Shown here: in pieces, positions 13,215-25,237 of the stretch
Numbering within the stretch: position 1 is the first letter of the stretch
Layout: each line of letters opens with the position of its first letter
DNA from: Octopus sinensis
Taxonomy: Eukaryota
Length of the DNA stretch: 64,000 bases
Direction of reading: 5' to 3'
Assembly (NCBI RefSeq): GCF_006345805.1
Contig: NC_043020.1
Span: forward strand, 11,346,001-11,410,000
Notes under the pieces: model-generated
What the model saw: the letters and a program-made list of their open reading frames with translations, nothing else
The model's database searches: none
Told to the model about the DNA's origin: nothing
Position numbers and translations under genes: made by a program

Positions 13215-13219
<5 letters not shown>
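10418..13219 (+). repeat. About 1.4-kb near-identical tandem duplication (10418-11804, 11835-13219) bounded by (TA)n
   Basis: Both copies start GTTCACTGTTCTGTTAAGG and end CTAATTAGTTTT; each contains a SINE-B. Confidence 0.95.
10766..11187 (-). mobile_element. SINE family B, full length (duplicate at 12182-12602)
   Basis: Reverse complement of GGCGCAGGAGTGGCTGTGTGGTAAG...GTAAAAGAGT. Confidence 0.92.
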
Positions 13220-13256
<37 letters not shown>

Positions 13257-13292
13257 TGAGAAAGTTGGTGTGTGAAAGCACATGGTTGGATG

Positions 13293-13548
13293 TATAAAAA
13301 ATAGAAAAGAGTGAAAAAACTACAGAAGGCTTGTTTTATAAGGTTAAAGAATATATTTAAGTCGTTATGTTAGAAAAATGTTATAAAATTTTGTGTAATG
13401 AAGAAATTTGAAAAGTTTACACAAAACCGGTTATTTCTCCAAATACACAAAATTTTATAACATTTTTCTAACATAACGACTTAAATATATTCTTTAACCT
13501 TATAAAACAAGCCTTCTGTAGTTTTTTCACTCTTTTCTATTTTTTATA
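13293..13548. repeat. Perfect 105-bp inverted repeat with 46-bp spacer, between (TA)n tracts
   Basis: 13293-13397 is the exact reverse complement of 13444-13548 (checked by eye). Confidence 0.95.
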
Positions 13549-13559
13549 TATATATATAT

Positions 13560-13862
13560 CACGTGACCGACCAGACCATCAGATGTTGCTACACATCGCT
13601 GGTCACAATGTGCTTCGCATTGTTTTTTAGCCTTCAAATGACGCCACCCTGCTGGTTAAGCGAGCAGGCCAACAGAAGAAAGAATGAGAGAAAGTTGTTG
13701 TGAAAGAGTACAGCAGGGATCACCACCCCCTGCCGGAGCAACGTGGAGCTTTTTAGGTGTTTTCGCTCAATAAACACTCACAACGCCCGGTCTGAGAATC
13801 GAAACCGCGATCCTCCGACCGCGAGTCCGCTGCCCTAACCACTGGGCCATTGCGCCTCCACA
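13560..13862 (-). mobile_element. tRNA-derived SINE family C head joined to an alternative 3' half
   Basis: GTGGAGGCGCAATGGCCCAGTGGTTAG...GGTTTCGATTC; 3' half also seen at about 60535-60650. Confidence 0.82.
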
Positions 13863-13884
13863 CATATATATATATATATATATA

Positions 13885-14397
13885 TCTATATATATAAAAC
13901 TGTAGTTGTGTGAGTGTCTGTCCCCTTCGATTTAGATTCCTAACTACTCCCACATTTTGCGGTGCAGTTTAACCAAATTCGGGTATCTTATAGTCGTGAT
14001 TCATATCGAGCCCGTCTGAGTATTAGCGCGCATCTACGATGAGTCTACGATTTTAAAAATAATTTAACATCATTTTTTATTCCATTTTAATGCATAATTT
14101 TTCGTGTGTCGATGGCGGCGGAGTTGGCTTCCACGCTCACATCTGCACCTGTTTGCTTCTCCCCCTTCTTCCCTCCCTCGTGAAGCTGTGGGGAAGGGAG
14201 TGTAAGGAAATCAACGTCGTAAAGCGTTGTCAAGGAGACCAGCGTTCTTTTAGAACAACGACTTCATGGCTTGAAGACACCAAAACAGAAATAGCTAAGA
14301 AAACCCGAATTGGCATCTATAAGGGAAGTAACTCTCTAAAAATGCTTATATAGTTATTTCCCTTACAAATCCGAGCAACGCCGGGCGATACTGCTAG
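13885..14397 (+). mobile_element. Non-autonomous Helitron
   Basis: 5' TC, 3' hairpin CCGAGCAACGCCGGG and CTAG|T; related to 20006-20408. Confidence 0.88.
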
Positions 14398-14637
14398 TAT
14401 ATATATATATATATAAATAAAATACTTTTTGAGGAACAGGGGTGACAGTAACTTTGAAGTTTGTGCCTGCTAGCTTTTGTCTGACAAAAATATTGCTACC
14501 CCCACTCCAACACACACACACTTCTTGTAAATGTATTAAAGATATTTACTCTACGAAAAAACATATTGAATAAATCCTTCAACTTAATGTTGAGTAATTT
14601 TCATTATCACTCAACACAATAAAGCGAAACAAAGCAT

Positions 14638-14673
<36 letters not shown>

Positions 14674-15303
14674 GCGTGTGTATGTATCTATGGCTATGTA
14701 TGCGTGTATTTATTTGTAAGCACTTATTTGAGATGAAAGAAAGAAAGAAAAAGAAAAAGAAAAAAGAATAATCAATTAATAGGTATTGGATTGCATATCA
14801 CTTGCTAACAGGTTCAATATTTGATCAGTTCTGGGAACTCGAGAAAGCAAATGATGAAACCTTAGCATGTGATACGGTGTTTAATACCTGCTCGTGATTC
14901 GTTAAGTTCTCAATCTCTAATTAGTGTTTACAAACATATGTTGTTTATTATATTCTCTTTTTTGCACATACACACACACATGTATGTATAACTAAATTTC
15001 CAAACAAAATTATAAAATTGTGTTTAATAAGTATATTTTCAGCTTTTTGTAATGGTAGCTGCTTTAGTTAACATCTGCTGCCCCATTAGAACTATCTTTA
15101 CTTAAAAACTGTGTTAGTACTTTAGTTAATAAATGCACATATATATATATACGTATATACAAACAAACATCGGCTAGGACACTGACACAGTATAGATAGG
15201 ATTTGTAAACAAAAGTTACATTCATATGCAGTAAAAATGATAGTGTTAACCTCGCAGTAAAAATGACTATGGAAGCTACCACTACAATGAGCTGGTATTC
15301 ATT

Positions 15304-15334
<31 letters not shown>

Positions 15335-17844
15335 CACACACACCACACACACACACCACACACCACACACCACACACACACACCACACCACACCACACAC
15401 ACACACACACACACACACACACCACACACACCACACACACCACACACACACACACACATATATGTATATGTATAAATTTTTAGGATAATATTCTTGATAC
15501 AGTCACAATACATACAAAAACAATTTTATTTTAAATTTAAAATTTTCTAAAAAAAATAAACTTTGCATAAAAATATGATTAACAATAGAACTGATAGAAG
15601 AGTCTTTTCCAGAATCTTCAGCTTTTCCAACATATACATGTTATATAAATTGGTAAGTTGTGTGTTTGAAGAACTGAAGACAATGAAAGTGATTCCATAC
15701 AAAAAAAACCTCTTCCATCAAGTTTGTGTCAATCAGAATTTTTTTAAAAGAATTTTTTAGATTTTGTTTTAATATTTGAAATAAAAAAAAATTCTATGTA
15801 CATGTACGTATATATATATATATATGTATATGTATGTATATGTATGTATATGTATATGTATGTATATGTATATGTATGTATATGTATATGTATGTATATG
15901 TATAGTATGTATATGTATATGTATGTATATGTATATATATGTATATATGTATGTATATGTATATATATGTATGTATATGTATGTATATGTATATATATGT
16001 ATATATGTATATATATGTATGTATATATATGTATATATATATATATGTATGTATGTACATATTGGTTTATCAACTTTGGTATTCTGACAAAGAGAAAAAG
16101 ATTATGTTTATAATATGGCAAAATAAAATAATTCCATTTGCTTACAGAACATGTCACACACACAATGATAAACATGAAATATTTTCCATATTTATTTGGG
16201 TATAATGTGAGAGAAATTTAACAACCAAAACATTGGTCTCCAAAACTACCAATTACCATTATACTTGAGTGTGAATAAAATAAAGAAAAAAATGACAAGA
16301 AAAATGAAAGGTTTTATCATTGATTCATTTCATCACTGACCCAGTATAATACATTACACTTATTGTAAACCATGTCACATTTATTACAAATTGATTTTGA
16401 GCAACCATGAGTCAATACTCAGTCAATTTTTCCAGTTTTTCCATGGTCTGCTAAATATGTACTCTAGCAACCAACAACTTGGGGGTCTCAGAACAAAACC
16501 TATTTTGAACCAAATACTGGTGATAAATGCGGATAGTAATATCGATTTTTTTTTTTTTTTTTTTTTTTTTAATTTTTTTTAGGCACGAAAATTGGTAGTG
16601 GTGGGTGGGTGGGGTGCTTTATATTCACATTGTACTCGAGTAAATATGGTAAATAAAAAATAAAAAAAAAAAAACACACGAACTGTAAGTTTGTGAGGGT
16701 GTGTGCCTGTGAATATGTACAATTAAAACAAATTGATTGTTGCTGTTTTTTTAAATTCTTTCTCTAATTCTCAGTTTTGCCTTCCTTACCGTCTTGACTC
16801 CTGGCTAAACCTTCCTCCTCCTCCTCCCATCCCTCTTCCACTGTTTCTGCTGCTACTACTACTACTACTACTACTACTACAACTACTGGTTATTGTTGTT
16901 GTTGTTATAATTTCCTAAAGGAAAAAAAAAAGCTAACTTTTTCTTGTCTGTCTGTCTGTCCATACTTTTCGTTTTTTTCTTCTTCTTCTCTGCCCCTCTC
17001 TACCCTTGCCTTCTCCTACTCTTTTGCTCCCCTCTCTCTCTCCCTCCCTCACCCCTCTCTCTCTCCCTCCCTCACCCCCTCTCTCTCTCCCTCCCTCACC
17101 CCTCTCTCTCTCTATATATATATTTCTGCTCCTCTCCATTCCTCTCTTTCTCTCTCCCACCCTTACACACACACACACACACACACACACTATGTATGCT
17201 TCTTGTCTCTCTCTCTCTCTCTCCCCCCCCTACATTTTTATATTTCACATTTTTTTTGTCTCTTTTTCTCTCACATTGTCTTTCTCTTTCTTCCTCACAT
17301 TTTCTCTCTCTCTCTCTCACACACACACATACAACATACACACACAACCTCTCTCTCACATACACACACACACTGATGTAACTCTTACAGAAGTAAAACA
17401 ATATCTGTCTTCCTGACACTAGATTTAATTTATCTCAGCAGCTGAATTTTTGGCACAACTGCCAAGCACCAAAATAACAGATATTTACTTAAGTATACCC
17501 AAAATTCCATGAATTAAATGAACATTTAAAAAAAAAAAAAATAATAATAATAATAATAATGATGATGACGATGATTTCATTTATTTGCCACAAGAGCGAG
17601 GGATGAGGGGAACAATACAAAGACAGTCATAAAGTGTGGGAATTTATATATAAGGAAATGATGGAAAAAAAACCCAGAAATAGCTAGGATTTTGAGATTG
17701 GTACTCGGGTGTTGGGTATCTTCCATGCTGCTTAAGAGATAAATACCAAGTCTTATACGTGTAATTCGTGGAAAGCAACCCTGTGAGATATTTGACAACA
17801 GGTTGCTGTCTGCTCTCGCAGAATCAACCAGAGCCAATAAAATG

Positions 17845-18470
17845 GAGAGCTCTGAGAAGTAAAATATAATGATAAAAATAATAATAATAATAATAATAAT
17901 CCTTTCTCGAGGGCTGAAATTTTTGGGGGAAGGGACCAGTCGATTACTTCGACCCTCGTTACTCAACTGGTACTTATTTTATCAACCCCGAAAGGACGAA
18001 AGGCAAAGTCAAGCTTGGTGGAATTTGAGAGCTCTGAGAAGTAAAATATAATGATAAAAATAATAATAATAATAATCCTTTCTCGAGGCCTGAAATTTTT
18101 GGGGAAGGGACCAGTCGATTACTTCGACCCTCATTACTCAACTGGTACTTATTTTATCAACTCCGAAAGGACGAAAGGCAAAGTCAAGCTTGGTGGAATT
18201 TGAACTCAGAACACAGAGAGAGAAAGTTGTGGCGAAAGAGTCAACAGAAGTTTCGCCATTACCTTCTGCCGGAGCCGCGTGGAGCTTAGGTGTTTCGCTC
18301 ATAAACACACACATCGTCCGGTCTGAGATTCGAACCCGCAATCCCTCGACCGCGAGTCCGCTGCTCTAACCACTAGGCCATGTGCCTCCACAACTCAGAA
18401 CACAGAGATGGATGGAACGACACTAAGCATTTTGTCTGGCATGCTAATGGTTCTGCCATCTCACTACCTT
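17845..18470 (-). mobile_element. SINE-A with a 182-bp tandem duplication and a nested SINE-C (18220-18391)
   Basis: Unit repeats at 17845 and 18027; 17-bp TSD AACTCAGAACACAGAGA at 18203-18219 and 18392-18408. Confidence 0.88.
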
Positions 18471-18472
18471 AC

Positions 18473-18792
18473 TCTTTACTCTTTTACTCTTTTACTTGTT
18501 TCAGTCATTTGACCGCGGCCATGCTGGGGCACCGCCTTTAGTCGAGCAAATCGACCCCGGGACTTATTCTTTGTAAGCCCAGTACTTATTCTATCGGTCT
18601 CTTTTGCCGAACCGCTAAGTGACAGGGACGTAAACACACCACCATATACAGACAAACACAGGCACACACATACATATACATATATACGACGGGCTTCTTT
18701 CAGTTTCCGTCTACCAAATCCACTCACAAGGCATTGGTCGGCCCAGGGCGATAGCAGAAGACACTTGCTCAAGATGCCACGCAGTGGGACTG
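18473..18792 (-). mobile_element. SINE family B, 5'-truncated
   Basis: Family B sequence ending at GCAGTGGGACTGA. Confidence 0.88.
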
Positions 18793-20005
18793 ATTAATAA
18801 AAAATGAGTTTATTGCAAACCATGCTCAGGTGCACGACATAAAAAATAAAAATAAAAAAAAAAAAAATACATACACTGCATCGACCAGGAATTGAACCTG
18901 GGCTGCCTACATGGTATGCAAGCATTCCTTCACTGAGTCTGCCCAGCAGGCAATCATTTACTTCTCATATTTTATAATATTTATAGCTTTAATCTGGACA
19001 GTCCATGCCTACCTTGATTTATATGTAAATGCTGTTCCAGCAATTTTTTGGTTCTTCTATTCTTTCCTTCCTTCTTTCTTTCTTGCCTCCTCTTCTTCCT
19101 TCGTTCAGTCTTTCTTTTTTTCTTTTCTTTCTCCCTGTTGGTACATTGCAGTTTTACAGTTGGTATCAAACAATCACATCAGCTGTATAGCAATCACCTA
19201 GCAAGTATTACTTTGGAGGCATAGCTATCTATCTATCTATCTATTTATCTGTTTGTCTCTATCTCTGTCTCTCTCTCTACCCCCCTCTTTCTATATAATT
19301 ATGGATAAATTACGGAAAACAGGTATGGTACTTAATGCTTTTCAAAACACATGCTTGGGATCTTTTCACTTTCATCGGCAGATCAAGAAATTAATTTTTT
19401 GTAACTTCGGACACTGGTAGAATGTGTCATATAAAACATCTTTTACTCTTAGCGTTGTTGAAAAAAGTTTCTATTTATGAAGTTATTTCGTGTTAAAGTT
19501 GTCGTATTTCGGTAATTTCAACCAATCAATGACGTGTATTCAGCTGAATAAAATTACTGCCGTTGTTTGCCAACAACTATCGGTGCTGTCTATTTCGGTT
19601 GTCACTCTTATTTATGACATCATTCGTGTGTTTGTACTGGTTTTAGCTTTAGGCTTAGGGTTAGGATTGGGGTTTTAGAGTTAGGGTTATGGAAAAAAGT
19701 GAAAAATGAAGAAATTGGAAGGGGAGGGGTAAAGGGGCCAAAAAATTTCAAAATTCCGATTTTTGGCAATTTTCCAGAATCTCTGTATCCGAAAAGCTGG
19801 GATTTTGGCAAAAAAAAAATTTTTTAAAAAACAATAAATTTTGACAAAATAATGGGGGTGGGGGGAGTCTTTCCAAAAATAGTAACTGAAAAACATGAAA
19901 AAAAGAAACCTAAAAGACAGAAATGCATGAACGATTATGGTGGTGTCCATGAAGTAAACGTGCTTCAGATACTTGGTTATTTATATGAACGTAATTGAAT
20001 TGAAA

Positions 20006-20408
20006 TCTTTATATATAAAAGTAAGGTTGTGTGCTGTCTGTCTCCTACGATTTAGATTCCTAACTACTCCCACATTTTGCGGTGCAGTGTAATCAAAAGC
20101 GGGTATCTTATAGTCGTGATTCATATCGAGCCCTTCTGGGTATTAGCGTGCGTCTACAATGAGTTTACGATTTTAAAAAAAATTTACCATCATTTTTTCC
20201 CATTTTTAATGCATTTTTTTTGCTATTATATAAGGGAAGTAACTCTCTAAAAATGTATTATTAAATCTCAGAACGTAAAAAGCTACAGTAACACCCCCCC
20301 CCCTTTGTGGTTAGCCATATTGAGATGGCTATTATACTTTACATCTCTAAAAATGCTTATATAGTTATTTCCCTTACAAACCCGAGCAACGCCGGGCGAT
20401 ACTGCTAG
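20006..20408 (+). mobile_element. Non-autonomous Helitron nested in the TIR element
   Basis: A|TC...CCCGAGCAACGCCGGG...CTAG|T. Confidence 0.9.
20256..20343 (+). mobile_element. 88-bp insertion: 3' end of the hammerhead-bearing family at 53389-53948
   Basis: 12-bp TSD TCTCTAAAAATG (20244-20255, 20344-20355); absent from the Helitron copy at 13885; matches the reverse complement of about 53389-53452. Confidence 0.8.
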
Positions 20409-21059
20409 TATGTCATAAATAACAGTGACAAACGAAATATACACCACTGGAAGTTGTTGTTGACAAACAACAGCAGTAATTTTATTCAGCTGAATACACG
20501 TCATTGATTGGTTGAAATTACCGAAATACGACAACTTTAACACAAAATAACTTCGTAAATAGAAATTTTTGTTAACAATGCTACGAGTAAAAGATGTTTT
20601 ATATGACACATTCTACCAGTGTCCAAAGTTTGAAGGTGTTTAGTTACAAAAATTAATTTCTCGATCTGTCAATGAAAGTGAAAAGATCCTACACATGTTT
20701 CAATAAATTATTGTCAGGATTACACAATTACTATTGAAGCATTATATAATCATAAAACCACCTCTTCAGTGTTCAGCGTTCAGTGTTCAGCTCAATATAA
20801 TATATTGGTACAATGATTGGTGTTAAAATGCTCAATATAATTTTCCCATTATTCAAATTATCAACAACATCCTTAGTGACACAATGCAATAAAAGACAAA
20901 AAAAAAACCGAAAACAAAAGAAAAAGCAAACCAAAGACTTTGTGGCTTCCCTTATCCAAGCTGGGACATCCGAGAAAAATATTTTAAAAGGAACAAAAGC
21001 AATGACAATATCAACAGCAGGGATCTTAACTACAGTTCTGGCTTATAACTCTTGATTAA

Positions 21060-21704
21060 CCCTTTCATTACTGTATTTTGAGATGCTCTGTGTTTCTTTC
21101 AATTATTTTAAGTCATCATCGTTTAATGTCCGCTTTCCATGCTAGCATGGGTTGGACGGTTCAACTGGGGTCTGGGAAGCCAGAAGGCTGCACCAGGCCA
21201 GTCAGATCTGGCAGTGTTTCTACAGCTGGATGCCCTTACTAACGCCAACCACTCCGAGAGTGTAGTGGGTGATTTTATGTGCCACCGACACAGGTGCCAG
21301 AAGAGGCTGGCGAACGGCCACGCTTGGATGGTGTTTTTTATGTGCCACCGACACAGGTGCCAGACGAGGCTGGCGAACGGCCATGATCGGATGGTGTTTG
21401 TTACGTGCCCACAGCACGGAGGCCAGTTGATGCGGTACTGGCTACGGCCACGTTCGGATGGTTTTCTTATGTGCCACCGGCACTGGTACCACAAAGATAC
21501 AAATTCCATTGATGTTCATCTATTTTGATTTGGTTTGATTTTTGATTTACAATATAACAAAGAATTTAGTAAATTAACTTCGTTATCATTAAGCTAGTGT
21601 TAGGAACATAAATTTTAACTAAGATTTGAATTCAAAACTTATGAAAACAAGACATTTATACTAAAGAGCCAGAGCTGATTTCAGCCAGGTTGGTAACGAA
21701 AGGG
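21060..21704. mobile_element. piggyBac-like MITE interrupted by an RTE-tail short element (about 21113-21545, minus)
   Basis: TTAA|CCCTTTC...GAAAGGG|TTAT; intact relative at 34071-34286. Confidence 0.8.
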
Positions 21705-21798
21705 TTATATATCCTGTAACTGGTTGTTTGTCAAGGTTTACAGTAACAGCCACAGACAATTTACTGTACCCGTTTTCTGTATTTTATTAGCCCTATTA

Positions 21799-22122
21799 GG
21801 CTCAGTGGTTAGAGCGTCGAGCTTACGATCGTGAGATTGTGAGCTCGAATCCCGGACCGGGCTGCGTGTTGTGTTCTTGAGCAAGGCACTTTATTTCACA
21901 TTGCTCCAGTTCACTCAGCTGTAGAAATGAGTTGCCACGTCACAGGTGCCAAGCTGTATCGACCTTTGTCTTTCCCTTGGATAACATCGGTGGCGTGGAG
22001 AGGGGAGGCTGGTATGCATGGGCGACTGCTGGTCTTCCATAAACAACCTTGCCCAGACTTGTGTCTAGGAGGGTAACTTTCTAGGTGCAATCCCATGGTC
22101 ACTCATGACCGAAGGGGGTCTT
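21799..22122 (+). mobile_element. tRNA-derived SINE (family E) ending in (TTA)n
   Basis: GGCTCAGTGGTTAGAGCG A-box, GAGCTCGAATCCC B-box, GTGTTCTTGAGCAAG. Confidence 0.8.
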
Positions 22123-23483
22123 TATTATTATTATTATTATTTATTATTATGTAGGTTATATTCTACACACTAGCCTATCCCAAGGTTTGATGCTCCACAT
22201 CATAGAATACTTGATATTGGAGTTGAGCGTGAGATAATACTGAACCCAATTTGGTTATGATTTTGCTTCACAGTATATGTATATATATATTCTCTCTCTC
22301 TCTTTCTGTATGTATGTATGTATGTGTATGTGTGTGTGTATGTTTTCCTACCTAAGAATATTCTATCTACATTTCTCACTCACTTCTCTACACACATAGA
22401 AGCACACATATGTATTACTTGTCCAAGTGTTTGTATATTCGTATGCATGTGTGTTTGAAAAAAATTTTTTGAGTATTTAATTTTTCTAACATGTTAATTA
22501 ATGGAAAGCACCATAAATTATTGATATCTTTGAACATTGCAACACTTTTGATATATCTTTATTCCAAACTAATATTCCATACAAAATTTTGACATGCCAT
22601 TTTTGTAAACACGTGACACTTGAATTTCAAAATTTACACCATCTTCTCGTTAGTATAAATTCATTAAATTTATATTCTTCCAAACTCTTCGAGCTAATGT
22701 TTGACAGTGACAAAGTAACCCCGCCCCCATCATTTAATTAATACAAATTAATTGGTGGATAGCTCTTATTTGTAATATTCTAATTTCTTGAAAATTACAA
22801 TTTTTTTTTTTTTTCCTTTTATTTTCTCTTCTTTTTGTTGTTTGCTCTGCATATAGGCACAGGCATGGCTGTGTGGTTAAGAAGCTCGCTTTGTGACCAC
22901 GTAGTTTGGGGTTCAATCCCGTTGTGCAGTAGCTTTGGGAAAGGTCTTCTACAATAGTCCCAGATGAACCAATTCTTTGTGGGCGAATTTGGTAGATAGA
23001 AACTGTGGGGAAGCTTTGTGTATGTGTATCCTTAAATCCTTAAAAATGTTTTAGCCCGAAGGCTGCAGCCATGCGTATGTGTGTGTATGTATATGTATGC
23101 ATTGGTCTTTTCCTTATTTGAATCCATCAATGGGATGGTCATCTCTTCTGAAGATTATCTTTCTTTTCCTTCAAACTAAATTCTAATTAAACCCCAGAAA
23201 AGAATATCAATCTCATTGCAATGTTCTGTTCCGATGCAATGATAAATACATACAAATACATGTGTATGTATATGTTCCCCACTCACCACTGCTTGTTAGT
23301 TTGTTTACATCCCCATAAATTAGCGGTTCAGCAAAAAGAGACTAATAGAACAAGTACCATATTTAAAAAGAAAAAAACATAAGTGCTGGGATTACCGAGA
23401 TGTACTTGCATAGCAAGTGACCTGATCTGAGATTGTGTGCTGGAACGAAAACAATTGCAGCGTGGAAGCTGTTTATAAGCCAT

Positions 23484-23684
23484 TTAAGAAACACACAAAA
23501 TCTGTTTGATTTACTTCAACATTTAAATTTAATTTGTCAAAATATTTTCGGCGCTTTGAGACCGCGACCCGTCAGCACGGAATTTTGTCAGCGAACAGGT
23601 CGCGGTCTCAAAGCGACGAAAATATTTTGATAAATTAAATTAAAATTTTGAAGTGAATCAAACAGTTTTTTATGTGTTTCTTAA
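23484..23684. repeat. Palindromic element (about 86-bp arms, 28-bp spacer)
   Basis: TTAAGAAACAC...GAGACCGCGACC mirrored by GGTCGCGGTCTC...GTGTTTCTTAA. Confidence 0.9.
23581..23634 (+). ncRNA. Type-I hammerhead-like motif with swapped G3-C8 core pair (also U4C)
   Basis: AAUUUUGUCA-GCGAACA-G-GUCGC(GGUCUCAAA)GCGAC-GAA-AAUAUU-U-UGAUAAA; 7-bp stem I, 5-bp stem II, palindromic stem III. Confidence 0.6.
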
Positions 23685-24120
23685 TAAGTACTGGGGTTAA
23701 TTTGTTTCACAAAACACTTCAAGGTACTGCTGCAGCATGGCCTCAATCCATTGGCTAGATACAAATAAATGTTAAAAATCTCAAGAGAAATTAAGTCATT
23801 GAAACCAAAAACTCATTTACCTTAGTGGAACTGCTAATAAGAGAAATAAGGTCTGCAGATGGTTCTGTGTCTTCTTTGATATTCCAGCTATATTAATTAA
23901 TATTCCCTATATTAATTAATGATTCTGTCTGTTGTTTAATATACCAGTTGATGATTCTGTCTCTTGATTAATATATCTGACATTGGTTGGGTTTGTTTTA
24001 AATATCAGCCAATGGCTGTGTCTGTTATTTAATATATCAGCCAATTGTTTTATCTGTTCTTCAGTATATCACTTCATGGTTCTATTTGTTCTTTAATATC
24101 CAATTGATTGGTTGTGTCCA

Positions 24121-24528
24121 GGATCTTTTCGGTTTGAACGGCAGTTTTTTCTAGCGGTGTCATATGAAATTGTCACCCGTAATTATGACCCTAGTATTGA
24201 TCTATTGCATTTCAATCTCCGTTAGGGTTAGGGGGAAGGGTATCTTTTTTTCTTCACAAATGTAAATAAACCCAATCTGTTTCTTAAACGAGGGACATAT
24301 TCATACGGCACAGAATGTTTTTTTTACCTCAATGGATATCACTGATTGGTTGAAATTGCAGAAATTGAAGTAAAAAAACAACAAATATCTTACAAACTAT
24401 AGAATTTTCTCAATAAAGCCAAGAGAAAAAGATGTTTTATAAACACATTCTACCAGTATACGAAGTTTAACATTTTTTAGTTACCTAGAAATTATGTTAA
24501 AAACTGCCGTTCAAACCAAAAAGATCCC
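24121..24528. mobile_element. MITE with about 28-bp TIRs (second copy at 62544-63127 with an internal insertion)
   Basis: GGATCTTTTCGGTTTGAACGGCAGTTTT / AAAACTGCCGTTCAAACCAAAAAGATCC; GTGTCCA on both flanks; shares subterminal sequence with the 19377 element. Confidence 0.88.
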
Positions 24529-24860
24529 GTGTCCATTTGCTAATATCTCATCCAGTAGATCTGTTTATTCTCTAATATATCAGCCAGTGGTTCTTGTCTA
24601 TTTGCTACTATACCATTTGCCAGTGAATGGTTCTTTTTATTTGTTAATATATCAACAAAGTTTTTTGTCTGTTCTTTATGATACTAGCCAAATGAAATAT
24701 TCTGTCCATTCTCAACAATATCGGCAAATTATTTTGACTGCTCTTTAGTACCGGCCGACGATTCTCTCCATTTTTCTGATATACAAGTCAATGGTTCTGT
24801 CACTATCCTGATACCGACCATTTCAACTAGTCTTTAATTACCTCCCAATATTCCATAATT

Positions 24861-25237
24861 GGATGGGGAAGCACTCCGTCGGTTACGACGATGAGGGTTC
24901 CGGTTGATCCGAATCAACGGAACAGCCTGCTCGTGAAATTAACGTGTAAGTGGCTGAGCACTCCACAGACACGTGCACCCTTAACGTAGTTCTCGGGGAT
25001 ATTCAGCGTGACACAGAGAGTGACAAGGCCGGCCCCTTGAAATACAGGTACAACAGAAACAGGAAGTAAGAGTGAGAGAAAGTTTGTGGTGAAAGAGTAC
25101 AGCAGGGATCACCACCATCCCCTGCCGGAGCCTCGTGGAGCTATTTTAGGTGTTTTCGCTCAAACATTCACAATGCCCGGTCTGGGAATCGAAACCGCGA
25201 GTCCGCTGCCCTAACCACTGGGCCATTGCGCCTCCAC
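24861..25237 (-). mobile_element. SINE family C, near full length
   Basis: 11-bp TSD ATTCCATAATT (24850-24860, 25238-25248). Confidence 0.93.

Larger units (their letters stand above)
19377..20690. mobile_element. Long-TIR non-autonomous DNA transposon (Mutator-like), TIRs about 250-280 bp
   Basis: 19377-19620 is inverted to 20410-20690; ends GGGATCTTTT/AAAAGATCCT; flanks ACACATGCTT/ACACATGTTT (9 of 10 match). Confidence 0.8.

Noticed and set aside
19643-19687. TTAGGG-like repeats
   Set aside because: Short, degenerate and internal to a TIR element (also in the 24121 MITE); not a telomere.
21799-21875. tRNA genes at SINE heads
   Set aside because: A/B boxes run directly into SINE bodies; no complete cloverleaf.
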